The notes beneath the pieces were generated by a model. The model was given only the letters and a program-made list of their open reading frames with translations, was not told where the DNA came from and did not search any database. A stretch of DNA of 63,869 nt, the filler included, from Octopus bimaculoides (taxonomy: Eukaryota): NCBI RefSeq assembly GCF_001194135.2. It is 6 parts of 6 records of this genome, joined end to end, with 100 filler letters (N's around TTAATTAATTAA, not from the genome) between each part and the next. Parts side by side here need not be neighbours in the genome. Positions count along the whole stretch, not along the records: positions 34,518 to 53,178 come from NC_069004.1; 5 more parts are not named here. One strand, given 5' to 3'. Numbering within the stretch: the stretch's first letter is position 1; each line of letters begins with the position of its first letter. The translations under genes and the position numbers were made by a program. Below, one piece after another: positions 39,151 to 50,980 of this stretch.

Positions 39151-39429
39151 TTTCTGGGCTAGTGGCTTACATTGGTTGGTAATATGCCGTTAGAACATGT
39201 TGTTTACATTCCACAGCAGTAATTCTTTTCACCTCAATAGACGTCAGTGATTGGTTGAAATTACCGAACTACGACAATTTTTTACATGAAATAACTTCGA
39301 ATACAAAATTTTTTATCTGTTCTATAACACAAAATATACAAGTATACGAAGTTTGAAAGTGTTTCGGTACCAAAAACACTACATAAAACATAGATGAAAA
39401 GTGTTGCCCGTCAAATCAGAAAGATCCTC

Positions 39430-39572
39430 ATTATTATTATCATTATTATCATCATCGTTATTATTATTATTATTATCATTATTATTTTTATTATCATTAT
39501 TATTATTATCATCATCATCATCATCATCATTATCATCATTATCATTATTATCATTATTATTATTATTATTAA

Positions 39573-39642
<70 letters not shown>
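39430..39642. repeat. (ATT)n/(ATC)n microsatellite
   Basis: Directly visible; abuts the acceptor at 39649-39650. Confidence 0.95.
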
Positions 39643-39644
<2 letters not shown>

Positions 39645-39650
39645 ATATAG

Positions 39651-39755
39651 GAATGTGAACGCCAACTGAAAATTTCCCAAGAGCATAAAGATACCCTCCA
39701 AGAAGAAATGCGTCGTTTTGATGCTGAATATAAAAAATTACGCGAAAAAGAAATG
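39651..39755 (+). CDS. Exon of an uncharacterised coiled-coil protein
   Basis: ECERQLKISQEHKDTLQEEMRRFDAEYKKLREKEM; AG at 39649-39650, donor gtaaat; 105 nt, phase 0 to 0; charged heptad-like composition. Confidence 0.75.
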
Positions 39756-39957
39756 GTAAATATTTTTCTTTCAAGAAAAACACCTCTAAACCGGGTGCAA
39801 GGACTGAATCTGCACAGTTCGTCTTTTAGTTTTGCTCTCCAACTTAAGAGTTAACTTTTAATGTTAACGATTTAAGGTAATACGATAAAACTGCTCAACC
39901 ACAACCCCAGCGACAATGACAATAACAATCACAACTATCTCAGCAATAGACATAGAG

Positions 39958-40130
39958 ATGGCGCAGGAGTGGCTGTGTGGTAAGTAGCTTGCTTACCAAC
40001 CACATGGTTCCGGGTTCATTCCCACTGCGTGGCACCTTGGGCAAGTGTCTTCTACTATAGCCTCGGGCCGACCAAAACCTTGTGAGTGGATTTGGTAGAC
40101 GGAAACTGAAAGAAGCCCGTCGTATATATG

Positions 40131-40161
<31 letters not shown>

Positions 40162-40360
40162 ATATGTTTGTGTCTGTGTTTGTCCCCCCATCATCGCTTA
40201 ACAACCAATGCTGGTGTGTTTACGTCCCCGTAACTTAGCGATTCGGCAAAAGAGACCGATAGAATAAGTACTAGGCTTCCAAAGAATAAGTCCTGGCGTC
40301 GATTTGCTCGACTAAAAAGGCGGTGCCCCAGCATGGCCACATTCAAATAAGTAAAAGAGT
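39958..40360 (+). mobile_element. tRNA-derived SINE, family A (full length)
   Basis: ggcgcaggagtggctgtgtggtaag...gggttcattcccactgcgtggcacc...ccagcatggcc...gtaaaaga; other copies at ~28458-28890 (+), 52336-52736 (-), 55293-55620 (+), 16100-16420 (-), 32185-32430 (-), 40813-40985 (-), 7425-8140 (-, interrupted). Confidence 0.88.
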
Positions 40361-43142
40361 AAAAGAGTATGGGAAGTGAATAATCATATAAGTAAAACTG
40401 AATAAATGCAATCAATGTTTATAGTATTCTCTTATAATAGAGTGATGCTGTGGTAAGCAGTCACTCACGTGAAGCTGGTAGCTAGGACAAAATTATTCAG
40501 GCCTGATATTACGGTNNNNNNNNNNNNNNNNNNNNNNNNNNNNNNNNNNNNNNNNNNNNNNNNNNNNNNNNNNNNNNNNNNNNNNNNNNNNNNNNNNNNN
40601 NNNNNNNNNNNNNNNNNNNNNNNNNNNNNNNNNNNNNNNNNNNNNNNNNNNNNNNNNNNNNNNNNNNNNNNNNNNNNNNNNNNNNNNNNNNNNNNNNNNN
40701 NNNNNNNNNNNNNNNNNNNNNNNNNNNNNNNNNNNNNNNNNNNNNNNNNNNNNNNNNNNNNNNNNNNNNNNNNNNNNNNNNNNNNNNNNNNNNNNNNNNN
40801 NNNNNNNNNNNNCACACACGACGGGCTTCTTTCAGTTTCCGTCTACCAAAACCACTCACAAGGCTTTGGTCGGCGCGAGGCTATAGAAGAAGACACTTGC
40901 CCAAGGTGTCATACAGTGGGACTGAACCTGGAGCCACGTGGTTCGTAAACAAGCTACTAACCACACAGCCACTCCTGCACCTATGTAAATAATAATATAT
41001 GTGGTTGAGAAGCAAGTTTCTTACCACACAGCCACGCATGTGAATGAGAAAGGATTACAATTGACCGAATGATCTGAATACTAAAGGATTAAAGAACTAT
41101 CTACACGAAGGTATTAGAATAGCACGATAGTGTAGCAATGTCTTCATACAATATGCTTGGTTGGAGGGATTGGTCTGGCTAGGTTGAGTATAGGTGTTGT
41201 ATGTTTGCCGTGAAATAAAATTTTCACAATTCCATGTCCTGCTAAAGAGAAAAATGGATTCCACACCCCCACCACAATTTTCTGAGGCCCCCACCTGTGT
41301 GGTGTATGCCCCACGTTGGGAAACACTGTGTGTGTGTGCTTTAAAGAAGGTAGGGCCTCGTAATAGATATCTCGCTGTTGAGGTTGGGTGAGAGTAACTG
41401 GAGAGAGAGAGAGAGATAAAGCTGGTCGAGCGGAGGTGTCAGGGCTTACTCTCAAGGTATAAGAAGATGAATATAAGAGAGAATAAGGATAGGTAAGGGT
41501 GGGTAAGTTTGCAATAGAGGGAAGTGAATGACAGATTATTAGAGATGGGGCTAGAGGTAAAAGTAGTAAAAGATGAACACAGGTGTGTATGTGTGGTCGA
41601 TGGTAAATGTGAGTTGGGGGCGGGGAAGAAACAGGAATGGTTCAAGAAGGATGAGGTGATAAGTGGCAATACACAAAGCAAAAAGATTGGAGAGTAATGG
41701 TATAATTGTATTTTCGGAGATGTACTGGCATAGCAAGTGACTTGATCTGAGATCGTGTACTGAAACAAAAACAATTGCAGCGTGGAAGGTGTTTATAAGC
41801 CATTTAAATGTTGAAGTGAATCTAACAGTTTTTTTTTTGTGTGGCTTATAAACACCTTCCATGCTACAATTGCTGATATAATTGTAGATGGATGAGAAAT
41901 AGAGAGATTATATGTAGAGTGGGTGGGTAATGAGGAGTGTTGGGAGAGAGAATACAGTGACAGAGATAGAGATCAGAAGTACGTAGGGATAGATAAAGAG
42001 AACAGTAAACAAGTTGTAGGAGGACGGCAGTCAATGGCAGATATGAGGATGTGTTAAGACTGATGACAGATCTGAGGTTCTAGATTTACTCTTCCAGCAT
42101 TTCTTTAGACACAATGTTTTTTTGTATTTTTTTTTGTAAGAGTCTTACCTTCTTGTTTGCCTTGTCTGTTGGTCTCAACTACACTTACTGATAATTTCCT
42201 GGACTTAGTTGATGCCACATATGACTGCCTATACGTTAAGTTGGAGAATTAAATATATATATATATATAAACAAACTACACCTCTTGAAGTAGTTGTATG
42301 CTGTCAACTTAATGTGACAGTCCCCTGAAGGGAATAATACTATTGTTGGTTAGACCTAGGAAGCTGCACCGCTTCCTGTCGGCCTTGACACATTTCCTGT
42401 GTCCTTATGTCCAACCACCAAGGCTCGGTCCTAGTTATTTACCAACTGAGATTATTTTAATTTTTTTTTAAATTTCCCTTCAGTTCAGCTATCTATACAT
42501 TTATATATCTATTAATATATCTTTCTATTGTATAACTTCTGATATATCGGTAGTCTTACCTATCTACATATCTACATGTCTGTTTGTCTGCCTAAGTAAC
42601 TATTATAACTATTTTCTCTTCTGCCGAAGTGTGTGTCTGTACTTTCACAACCTCGATAAGCATTTAAATCTAACAATAAAATAAAAATGAATAATAGCAG
42701 TGCCTCAGCATGGCCACAGTGTTGGGGTCTGGTATACATGAAAGATAACAGTGTAACTTCAACAGCTATTTGGCAACTTTAATATAACTGTCTATCGTTA
42801 TATATTTGTTAAATTGTGAAGTTATAGATCTTATTGATATTCTTTCATTATGTTAAACATTTCGAGGGGGTCTGCGACTTTAACACACAAATGTAGAATA
42901 ATATAGACCTTCTCCATCCTCCTTACTCTTTCTAATAATATAGACATCTCCCTCTCCCTTTATTTTGTGTTTTCCCTTTCTATTTCTTCATTTATTCTAA
43001 AATTTCCGTTTCTTTCTTTGTCTCCTTCTGTCTCACTTCTTTTTCTCTCTATATATATATTTCTCCATTCAAGTTGTTAGCTCCCTTGGCGTAAGCGTAA
43101 CACACGGACGAAACAGAGGGAATAATATTATATTATGTATAT

Positions 43143-43204
<62 letters not shown>

Positions 43205-43426
43205 TAATGAATGATGAAAAAATACAGGAGTTACATAGTCGCTTTCATAAGCTCACAGCTGTTTCTGCTGTTCAAACTTTGCACTCAATGCTGAGAGCTC
43301 GTGAGATGTCTTATAGCGTCCTCAGATCCATTTAAATGACTCCGTTTGACTGAAATGTTTTTAAAACTAAAATAAATTCTGTTTTGTGACATAAGAAAAA
43401 TATTGATTTTGTAAATGGTATTTCAG

Positions 43427-43551
43427 GTTTTGACAGATTCAAATAAGTATCTCCAGAAAATGATTGAGCAAAGCGAGAAACAATTAAAAGAAAAGGAATC
43501 GCAAATTGAGACACGTCAAGGTCTTGATGAGAAGCAGGTGGAATACCTGAG
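43427..43551 (+). CDS. Next exon of the uncharacterised coiled-coil protein
   Basis: VLTDSNKYLQKMIEQSEKQLKEKESQIETRQGLDEKQVEYL; acceptor tatttcag, donor gtaaat; 125 nt, phase 0 to 2, compatible with the 39651-39755 exon. Confidence 0.78.
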
Positions 43552-43734
43552 GTAAATACAAACCTTATTCTTATAAATATGAGTTTCCAGTTCCATCCCA
43601 CAGCGCACCATCTTGGATACCCGTCATCTACTATATCCCCGGGCCGACCACTGTCTTGTAAGTGGATTTGGTAGACAGCAACTGAAAGAAGTACATCATG
43701 TGTGTGTGTGTGTGTGTGTGTGTGGGATCATTCA

Positions 43735-44225
43735 GTTTTATTTCAAGATTTCTTGCCAATAGAGAAAGAGCCGGTTTCTAACCTAGCTCCAAGGCTCCTT
43801 CATTGGAATCTCAACATCAACAACAGGGTGTTTTTGTTTGTATGTATGCATACGTGCAGATTTGTATGTTTTGTTTTGTGTATCTATTCCCATGCATATA
43901 GCTACATATCTAGACACGTTCATATGTATTTAAATGATTAACTTCTGGAACGTTTTACAGATTTTTACAGTTCCAGTGATGGACTGGATCTGCAGTCTTC
44001 GAATCAGCTTTCTCCTTTCAGGTTTTGAGAAGCCTACTTTCTCAAGATTGGTATTTAGGCAGTGTCTTACATATCCCAGTGCTCCAGTAATTACAGGTAT
44101 AAACCTGAATTTGTAATCTGTGTAGAGTTACTACAGATTTCTCAATAGTTCAGCGTAGGTATTTTTCACTGATCTTTAGTTTTATGCTAACATTTGATGG
44201 GCAGCTGATTTCCACAACTGTATGT
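43735..44225 (-). mobile_element. RLE-type retrotransposon 3' end (third family)
   Basis: [19 protein letters not shown]...PVITGALGYVRHCLNTNLEKVGF...IQSITGTVKICKTF; second copy at ~35985-36385. Confidence 0.75.
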
Positions 44226-44477
44226 ATGTATGTATGTATGTATGTATGTATGTATGTATGTATGTATGCATGTATGTATGTATGTATGTATGTATTCAAA
44301 TATGAATCAGAAGCAGTGCTAGTTCATTATTGACCACAGATAATAAACGGACGAATCGTACTTGTTTGTCGATAGGCAGCGTATGCTGCAGTGGGGATAA
44401 CCCCCCGAAGCGCCAGATGTTAAAGCCCCTTAAAGTCATGGACAGGCGAGATAAATCGTCCCAAATCTCATTCAGGA

Positions 44478-44524
44478 GCGATGGACATCGATGTTTCGCC
44501 ATTTTCGTGGCTTATCAACATCAC
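44478..44524 (-). ncRNA. Minimal type-I hammerhead ribozyme, U3-A8 core variant
   Basis: GUGAUG-UUGAUAA-GCCA-CGAAAA-UGGC-GAAAC-AUCGAU-GUC-CAUCGC: 6-bp helix I, 4-bp helix II, perfect palindrome ACAUCGAUGU as helix III, GUC cleavage triplet. Confidence 0.78.
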
Positions 44525-44918
44525 GTACTTGAACTGAATTGGAGGTTATTTGTATAAAGTCATGGACTGGTGATTCAGTTCAAAGTTGTTGCTTTTTTTT
44601 TAAGCATCAGACAAACTTAGGGAATGTTCTGGAAAAAATCGTATTCAGAAACTTATTTGTTCTAAAACATGCGATTTTCCGTCGACATATATATTTGTGC
44701 ATTTAAATAGTAATAATGTATATGAATACGCGACTAGCCATATACAAAGATGGGAAATAATATTATTTATTCCTGTTCATTATATGAACGACAATAACGC
44801 AAATAATGAAGATTTCAGCAAAGGAATTAACTATTGGAAATATACAAACATAGAAGTGATGGAAAGAGAGACACAGTGGGGAAAGAAGTTAGTAAGACAT
44901 TAAGAAATGTTCTACTAG

Positions 44919-45030
44919 TGAATTAAAAGGAATCATTGAGTTAAAAAGAGACTTGATAAAAAAAGAACACATTAAAATAGGAGTTTTTGCAAAGTTTCTC
45001 GACAAGATAGAATTTAAATCCTTTATGTAG
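44919..45030 (+). CDS. Possible terminal exon of the coiled-coil gene
   Basis: Phase-2 start after ttctactag gives (S)ELKGIIELKRDLIKKEHIKIGVFAKFLDKIEFKSFM-stop (TAG 45028-45030); weak polypyrimidine tract. Confidence 0.4.
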
Positions 45031-45139
45031 TATGCTACTTTCTCCATTATAGTATAGATCATTATTATTATAGTATAGATCATTATTATTATAGTATAGA
45101 TCATTATTATTATTTGTTATTGTTGTTGTTTTACTCCTG

Positions 45140-46160
45140 AGAACGTTCAATCTTGTTTGTTCTGGTTGAATCTGTGAAAGCGGACAGTAGCCTGTTGTCA
45201 GAGGTCTCACGGGGTCTCTTTTCGCACGTTATAAGCTTTGATACTTAATCCGTTGTTCAAACCTAATTAGCCTTGTTTTTTTTTCTTTTTTTCTTCTTTT
45301 TTTTTTTGGCATGTATGCACTGCTTCAGTTCCTCAATTACAACATTCAGGCCTTTTGTATCTACACCATACTTCTTCCTAACTTTTTCGAATTTCCATTC
45401 ATTCTTAAGTTCTCCATTTCTTTTCCTGACAAGTATTAACACTACACTGTTCAAAGAGTTTATATCTTCTGAAATTCTCCTTTTCCACCACGGTTCTTTA
45501 TTTCTTCTTCTTTCCGTCGCTGTTCTGTTCTCAGTAGTTCTCAATTTCCGCTACAATAGCTGGGTTTTTTTTCACTTTCTGTCAATGCCGGGGTGATGAG
45601 GGGAGTTGAGCACCCAATCCGCATCCACTGGGGTGCTCCGGTAGTAACACTCCATAACTATCATATTTACTTGTTTACTCTACTTGTTTTGTAGCATGGC
45701 TAGCAGTTGCTAGATTACGACTGGGCCCACCTTGATGCACAGTGGGGCACTTGCGGCACCCTCACCATTGGCTCCAGTCCCGTTCATACCGTTACCGTCA
45801 TCTATTTTGCTTGACATTTTCACTCACAAATGAGGTGTGTTTTTAGGTTACTACCATCTCAATCAAGGTAGTCCTCCAAGGCGGCAGGGGCCTTGCTCTC
45901 CTGGTTTTGAACTCAGAGTGTTCCTTTTCCTAGGCTGCTTACCATCCAAGGCTAACGAGTACCGCCTACTCGGAGCAACTGGTTATTTTCTCACTCTTCT
46001 CCTGTTGGTTTTGCGAAGGAGTCGCGCTTGATTGTCAGAGGACAGGTCTTGCGTAGGCCACTAGGGCCTACGCAAGATCTGTCCTCTGACCTGTCCTCTG
46101 ATGGGTGCACAACTCCCCTCACCACTCCGGCATTGACAGAAAGTGAAAAAAACACAGCTT
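45140..46160 (-). mobile_element. Rearranged RLE retrotransposon 5' region and N-terminus
   Basis: MSSKIDDGNG...MIVMECYYRSTP...KEPWWKRRISEDIN; ~45790-45910 is the reverse complement of ~47970-48125; 3' UTR piece at 45140-45240. Confidence 0.65.
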
Positions 46161-46989
46161 GTAGATGAGATATATAGAGAGAAAGAGAGACAGGAAATAG
46201 ATAAAAGGAAAAGAAAAGGAAGATCAACTAGAGAGGGGGGCATTTAACACAACAAGTTCAGTATATTGACGGGGAGAGTAGGGGGACAGCTTAGGAGTGA
46301 GGTAGGTAGATATTGGACATCAGGGAAGAGGGTAGAGGGGGTGGGATGAGCAAGCGCATCACCGCCAAGAGAAGATGCCTACTGCAGCGTTCTCCATTGC
46401 CCACCTGTAAATTTAAGATTTAACCAAAGAAGGAAGGAGAAGTGTTAATCTGAATCTGATGAAAGCTAGCTTACTGTTTGAATTGGTCTGTGAAGAATTT
46501 TACGATGTCAACAAGTAATCTTCAAAAGTAGTGAAGAAAGTGATAGAGGGAGAAAGAGAGAAAGAGAGAGAGAGGGGGGAAAGAGAGAGACATAGAGAGT
46601 GTAGTGGTAAAAAGACAGAGGGACAGAGAGGGAGAGAGAGGGGGAGAGAGAGAAGGAATACATGTGCTTTCAACAATGGATTCGGATTGAAGTAACTCTT
46701 CACAAAGGTAAACAGACAGTACGACGAGCGCAATGCGATTGTAATAGATATTTTATTAATTGAACGATAATTCGACAGCAAGCCTGTCTTTGTCGAGTTC
46801 AAAATGAAAAGTGATAAAGATTCAAAATTATAGAAATTCAAATCTAAAATATGAACGAGAGCAATCAGCGTCCACACGTTGATGGAATGACATCATCAGT
46901 CTTTAAGTTTCAATTTTTCAACTCTCGAAAAGAAAAAGAAAGAAAAAAGAGAAAAAAAGGAAAAAAAAAGATAAGGTAAAAGAAGAACA

Positions 46990-47563
46990 TTTAATCAAAC
47001 AGTTTCGTGTAAATTTGATGAAATTCTCCTGTTATTTTATTCATTCCTCCTGGGCATGATGTTAATAACCCGCAAACATATTTCTCCTCATGCATTTTGA
47101 GTATTGAAAATGAAGTAGATTCAGAATATTTTCTAAGAATATGCACTTTCAAGTCTTTTTCAAAATTGCAGCTGTTTGATGCAAAATGTTCGGCAAGTTC
47201 TTTCAAACTACTATTATTGTGCATGATGTCATACTTGTACCCATTGAATCTTTTGTTTAATTGTTCTGTTTTACAACTAAAAGAATCAAGTTGTGTTTCG
47301 TGCATTCTGCTGCGTACACCAAATGGGAATCTCTACATGTCTCACCTTCTGTATAAATCATAACATTTCGTTGTGATTCCTGATGGAATTTACTTGACTC
47401 ATGTTGTTGCACAATGAACAGGGCTTACCTCTCTTGCGACTGTTTTCCAAGGTACAGCGTGCAGATACTCCAGTGTTATTAATCTCTACTTCTGACTCTA
47501 AGAAAATTAACATTAGAGTATCTGCACGCTGTACCTTGAAAAACAGCCGCAAGAGAGATAAGC
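46990..47563 (-). mobile_element. Penelope-like element 3' fragment (GIY-YIG endonuclease)
   Basis: GKPCSLCNNM...CRDSHLVYAAECTKHNL / KTEQLNKRFNGYKYDI...LAEHF...HEEKYVCGL...PGGMNK, with frameshifts. Confidence 0.78.
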
Positions 47564-47599
47564 TTGCAATCTGCTTGATCCGTTTTGCTTGTTTTGTGG

Positions 47600-48125
47600 C
47601 AGTGGTTTCAGGTTCTTCATCTACTTCAGGGTTGATGCCAAGTTCCCTTGCGAATTTGCAAGCTTCCTTGACAATAGAATGTGACTTTTCATTGCTATTG
47701 TGGACCTCCTATAGCACGGTTCTACCTGCATCATTCCTCTTCCCCCATTACCTCTAGGTAGGTACAGATGATCGACGTCTGCTTTTGGGTGGTGCATGTT
47801 CTTAGATGTTAATAGCTTTCTTGTCTTCCTGTTAATGATGTTAAAACTGTATTGGATTACTGGAAGTGCAACGGTGTTAATGGCTTCGATGCGATTTTTG
47901 GAGTTGAGTTCAGTTTTTAGTATGAGTCTTTTTCTCCTGTAATGCTCCTTTCCTATTCTTTCCTTCATAGTAGCATCTTCAAAACCAGGAGAGCAAGGCC
48001 CCTGTCACCTTGGCGAACTACCTTGATAGAGATGGTGTCTCGATAAAAATACCTGTTAGGAGTAACTTAAAAACAACACCTCATTTGTGAGTGAAAATGC
48101 CAAGCAAAATAGATGACGATAACTT
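47600..48125. mobile_element. RLE retrotransposon fragments in opposite orientations
   Basis: Minus 47621-47968: ELNSKNRIEAINTVALPVIQYSF...MHHPKADVDHLYLPRGNGGRG; plus 47970-48125 is the 5' UTR and start. Confidence 0.75.
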
Positions 48126-48134
48126 TCAAAACTA

Positions 48135-48296
48135 TCAGTCATTTATGATCTTATTCAGCGTATTCCCCTCTCAGATTCACACATTTACTGCTGCTGTCCT
48201 CCAGTTTTTCTTAGCCCTATAAAGAACTCGGACATTTGGGCCCTCAACCAGGCCTTTCATGATGCCGTTAAAGCCGGGAACTTTTCAGCACCCCGT

Positions 48297-48342
<46 letters not shown>

Positions 48343-48567
48343 ACACTAGGTGTGCTGAAAGTTTTTGGCTTTGGGTAAAAGAAGATACAAGAAGATTAGT
48401 TAACTTAATTACCATTTTATTCAACATATTCCCTTCTCAGATTCACACACTTATTGCAGGACTCCTTCAGTTTTTCTAAGCACTGTAAAGAACTCAGAAG
48501 GTTAGGCTTCCGACCTGGCCCTTCGCGATACCCTTAAAGCCAGGAACTTCTCTGCGTCGCTTCGTAT
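48135..48567. mobile_element. Two tandem mariner-derived MITE copies separated by (CA)n
   Basis: Duplicated attcccctctcagattcacaca...aaagccaggaacttttcagcaccc; TIR-like gtgtgctgaaagttt...ggcttt. Confidence 0.65.
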
Positions 48568-49517
48568 GACACAATGTGCACCTGTATAGACAATGTCGCT
48601 TTGATTGAGACGAGTGAGCTCATGTAGAGCATAAACATTTGATTACTGTTCTTTTATCATTTTATGTTTCAGCCAAAAGGCTGTGATCATGGTAGGACAC
48701 CTTCGGTAGGAACAAAACATCTGTGAGAGTTTTTCATCAAGAAGTTGTGGAACTCACATCTGTCATCAACGAGATAGGAGATTCCACCGATCTCCNNNNN
48801 NNNNNNNNNNNNNNNNNNNNNNNNNNNNNNNNNNNNNNNNNNNNNNNNNNNNNNNNNNNNNNNNNNNNNNNNNNNNNNNNNNNNNNNNNNNNNNNNNNNN
48901 NNNNNNNNNNNNNNNNNNNNNNNNNNNNNNNNNNNNNNNNNNNNNNNNNNNNNNNNNNNNNNNNNNNNNNNNNNNNNNNNNNNNNNNNNNNNNNNNNNNN
49001 NNNNNNNNNNNNNNNNNNNNNNNNNNNNNNNNNNNNNNNNNNNNNNNNNNNNNNNNNNNNNNNNNNNNNNNNNNNNNNNNNNNNNNNNNNNNNNNNNNNN
49101 NNNNNNNNNNNNNNNNNNNNNNNNNNNNNNNNNNNNNNNNNNNNNNNNNNNNNNNNNNNNNNNNNNNNNNNNNNNNNNNNNNNNNNNNNNNNNNNNNNNN
49201 NNNNNNNNNNNNNNNNNNNNNNNNNNNNNNNNNNNNNNNNNNNNNNNNNNNNNNNNNNNNNNNNNNNNNNNNNNNNNNNNNNNNNNNNNNNNNNNNNNNN
49301 NNNNNNNNNNNGTAAATAGCACTATTAAGCCATAATTTACAAAATTAGCACGAAGCGTAAGAATGCAGAAAAGTATCAACCTGCTAGAAATAAGAGCTAA
49401 AGTCTTAATTAAACCACCGTAAAGCACCCAAATAACAGAGAAATAACAGTAGGTGAGGAAAGGGAAAGAATTAATATGTTCAAAAGCACATCTATGAAAG
49501 ATTGTGCTATTTAGAAT

Positions 49518-49577
49518 ATCTACATACCCGAGTTTCGGCTTTTGGAAATTTAATCCTCGAGTCTCTTCAGTGTAGAT
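49518..49577 (-). ncRNA. Minimal type-I hammerhead ribozyme
   Basis: AUCUACA-CUGAAGA-GACU...AGCC-GAAAC-UCGG-GUA-UGUAGAU: perfect 7-bp helix I, intact core, one A-C mismatch in helix II. Confidence 0.72.
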
Positions 49578-49789
49578 CACCTGGTAAAAATTCAAGTCCG
49601 TCACGTTATATGTCCGTTAACGTACTTTTCTCGTTTTCGCCAAAAACACAGAACATGGGGCAAAAATATTTATGAACAAAACATTCAAACACTAAGGTCT
49701 GAAAAAACATGCTACTACTGTTAATATAATATAATAAAATATAATATAATATAATCTATAAATTGCAGTGTTCTTGATTGCTTGATTGA

Positions 49790-50113
49790 TTGATTGATTG
49801 ATTGAGTGTCGGCAGATTCACTCGAGAACGGTGCAGTGGAATCGCGTGAAATTCAGCACAGAGCGGCAGTATGGTCCGCTCATGTTCAGGAGATTTTTAT
49901 TGCCCTCCAACTCCCATGGTTACCGAGATAATCGATTATTACTTTTTAAGATAGGAATATCCCATTAAAAGTGGGGAGGGGAGATTTTGTTGCCTTTCCC
50001 ATGCGCGAAATTTTACGAAAAACCAGCACAATAAAGATTATTTTTTTCCAAGTAATGTGGCTGGGTTTGTTTTTCGAAAATTTTAATCAGAGGCACAGAA
50101 AAAAAATAATTTC
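49790..50113. mobile_element. Possible Helentron/DINE-like non-autonomous element
   Basis: (GATT)n tetranucleotide run followed by ctcgagaacgg...gaaattcagcacaga-type core; resemblance only. Confidence 0.3.
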
Positions 50114-50980
50114 NNNNNNNNNNNNNNNNNNNNNNNNNNNNNNNNNNNNNNNNNNNNNNNNNNNNNNNNNNNNNNNNNNNNNNNNNNNNNNNNNNNNNNN
50201 NNNNNNNNNNNNNNNNNNNNNNNNNNNNNNNNNNNNNNNNNNNNNNNNNNNNNNNNNNNNNNNNNNNNNNNNNNNNNNNNNNNNNNNNNNNNNNNNNNNN
50301 NNNNNNNNNNNNNNNNNNNNNNNNNNNNNNNNNNNNNNNNNNNNNNNNNNNNNNNNNNNNNNNNNNNNNNNNNNNNNNNNNNNNNNNNNNNNNNNNNNNN
50401 NNNNNNNNNNNNNNNNNNNNNNNNNNNNNNNNNNNNNNNNNNNNNNNNNNNNNNNNNNNNNNNNNNNNNNNNNNNNNNNNNNNNNNNNNNNNNNNNNNNN
50501 NNNNNNNNNNNNNNNNNNNNNNNNNNNNNNNNNNNNNNNNNNNNNNNNNNNNNNNNNNNNNNNNNNNNNNNNNNNNNNNNNNNNNNNNNNNNNNNNNNNN
50601 NNNNNNNNNNNNNNNNNNNNNNNNNNNNNNNNNNNNNNNNNNNNNNNNNNNNNNNNNNNNNNNNNNNNNNNNNNNNNNNNNNNNNNNNNNNNNNNNNNNN
50701 NNNNNNNNNNNNNNNNNNNNNNNNNNNNNNNNNNNNNNNNNNNNNNNNNNNNNNNNNNNNNNNNNNNNNNNNNNNNNNNNNNNNNNNNNNNNNNNNNNNN
50801 NNNNNNNNNNNNNNNNNNNNNNNNNNNNNNNNNNNNNNNNNNNNNNNNNNNNNNNNNNNNNNNNNNNNATATATATATATATATATATATGGGAGAATAT
50901 ACAAAAAATAACAACAGACGAGGACAGGTGGTGTAAATAACAAAAGTATATATTAGTATGACGCTCGGGAATACGGAAAG

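Noticed and set aside
46880-46915. CUGAUGA on the minus strand downstream of the PLE ORF
   Set aside because: GAAAC precedes it too closely and no helices close.
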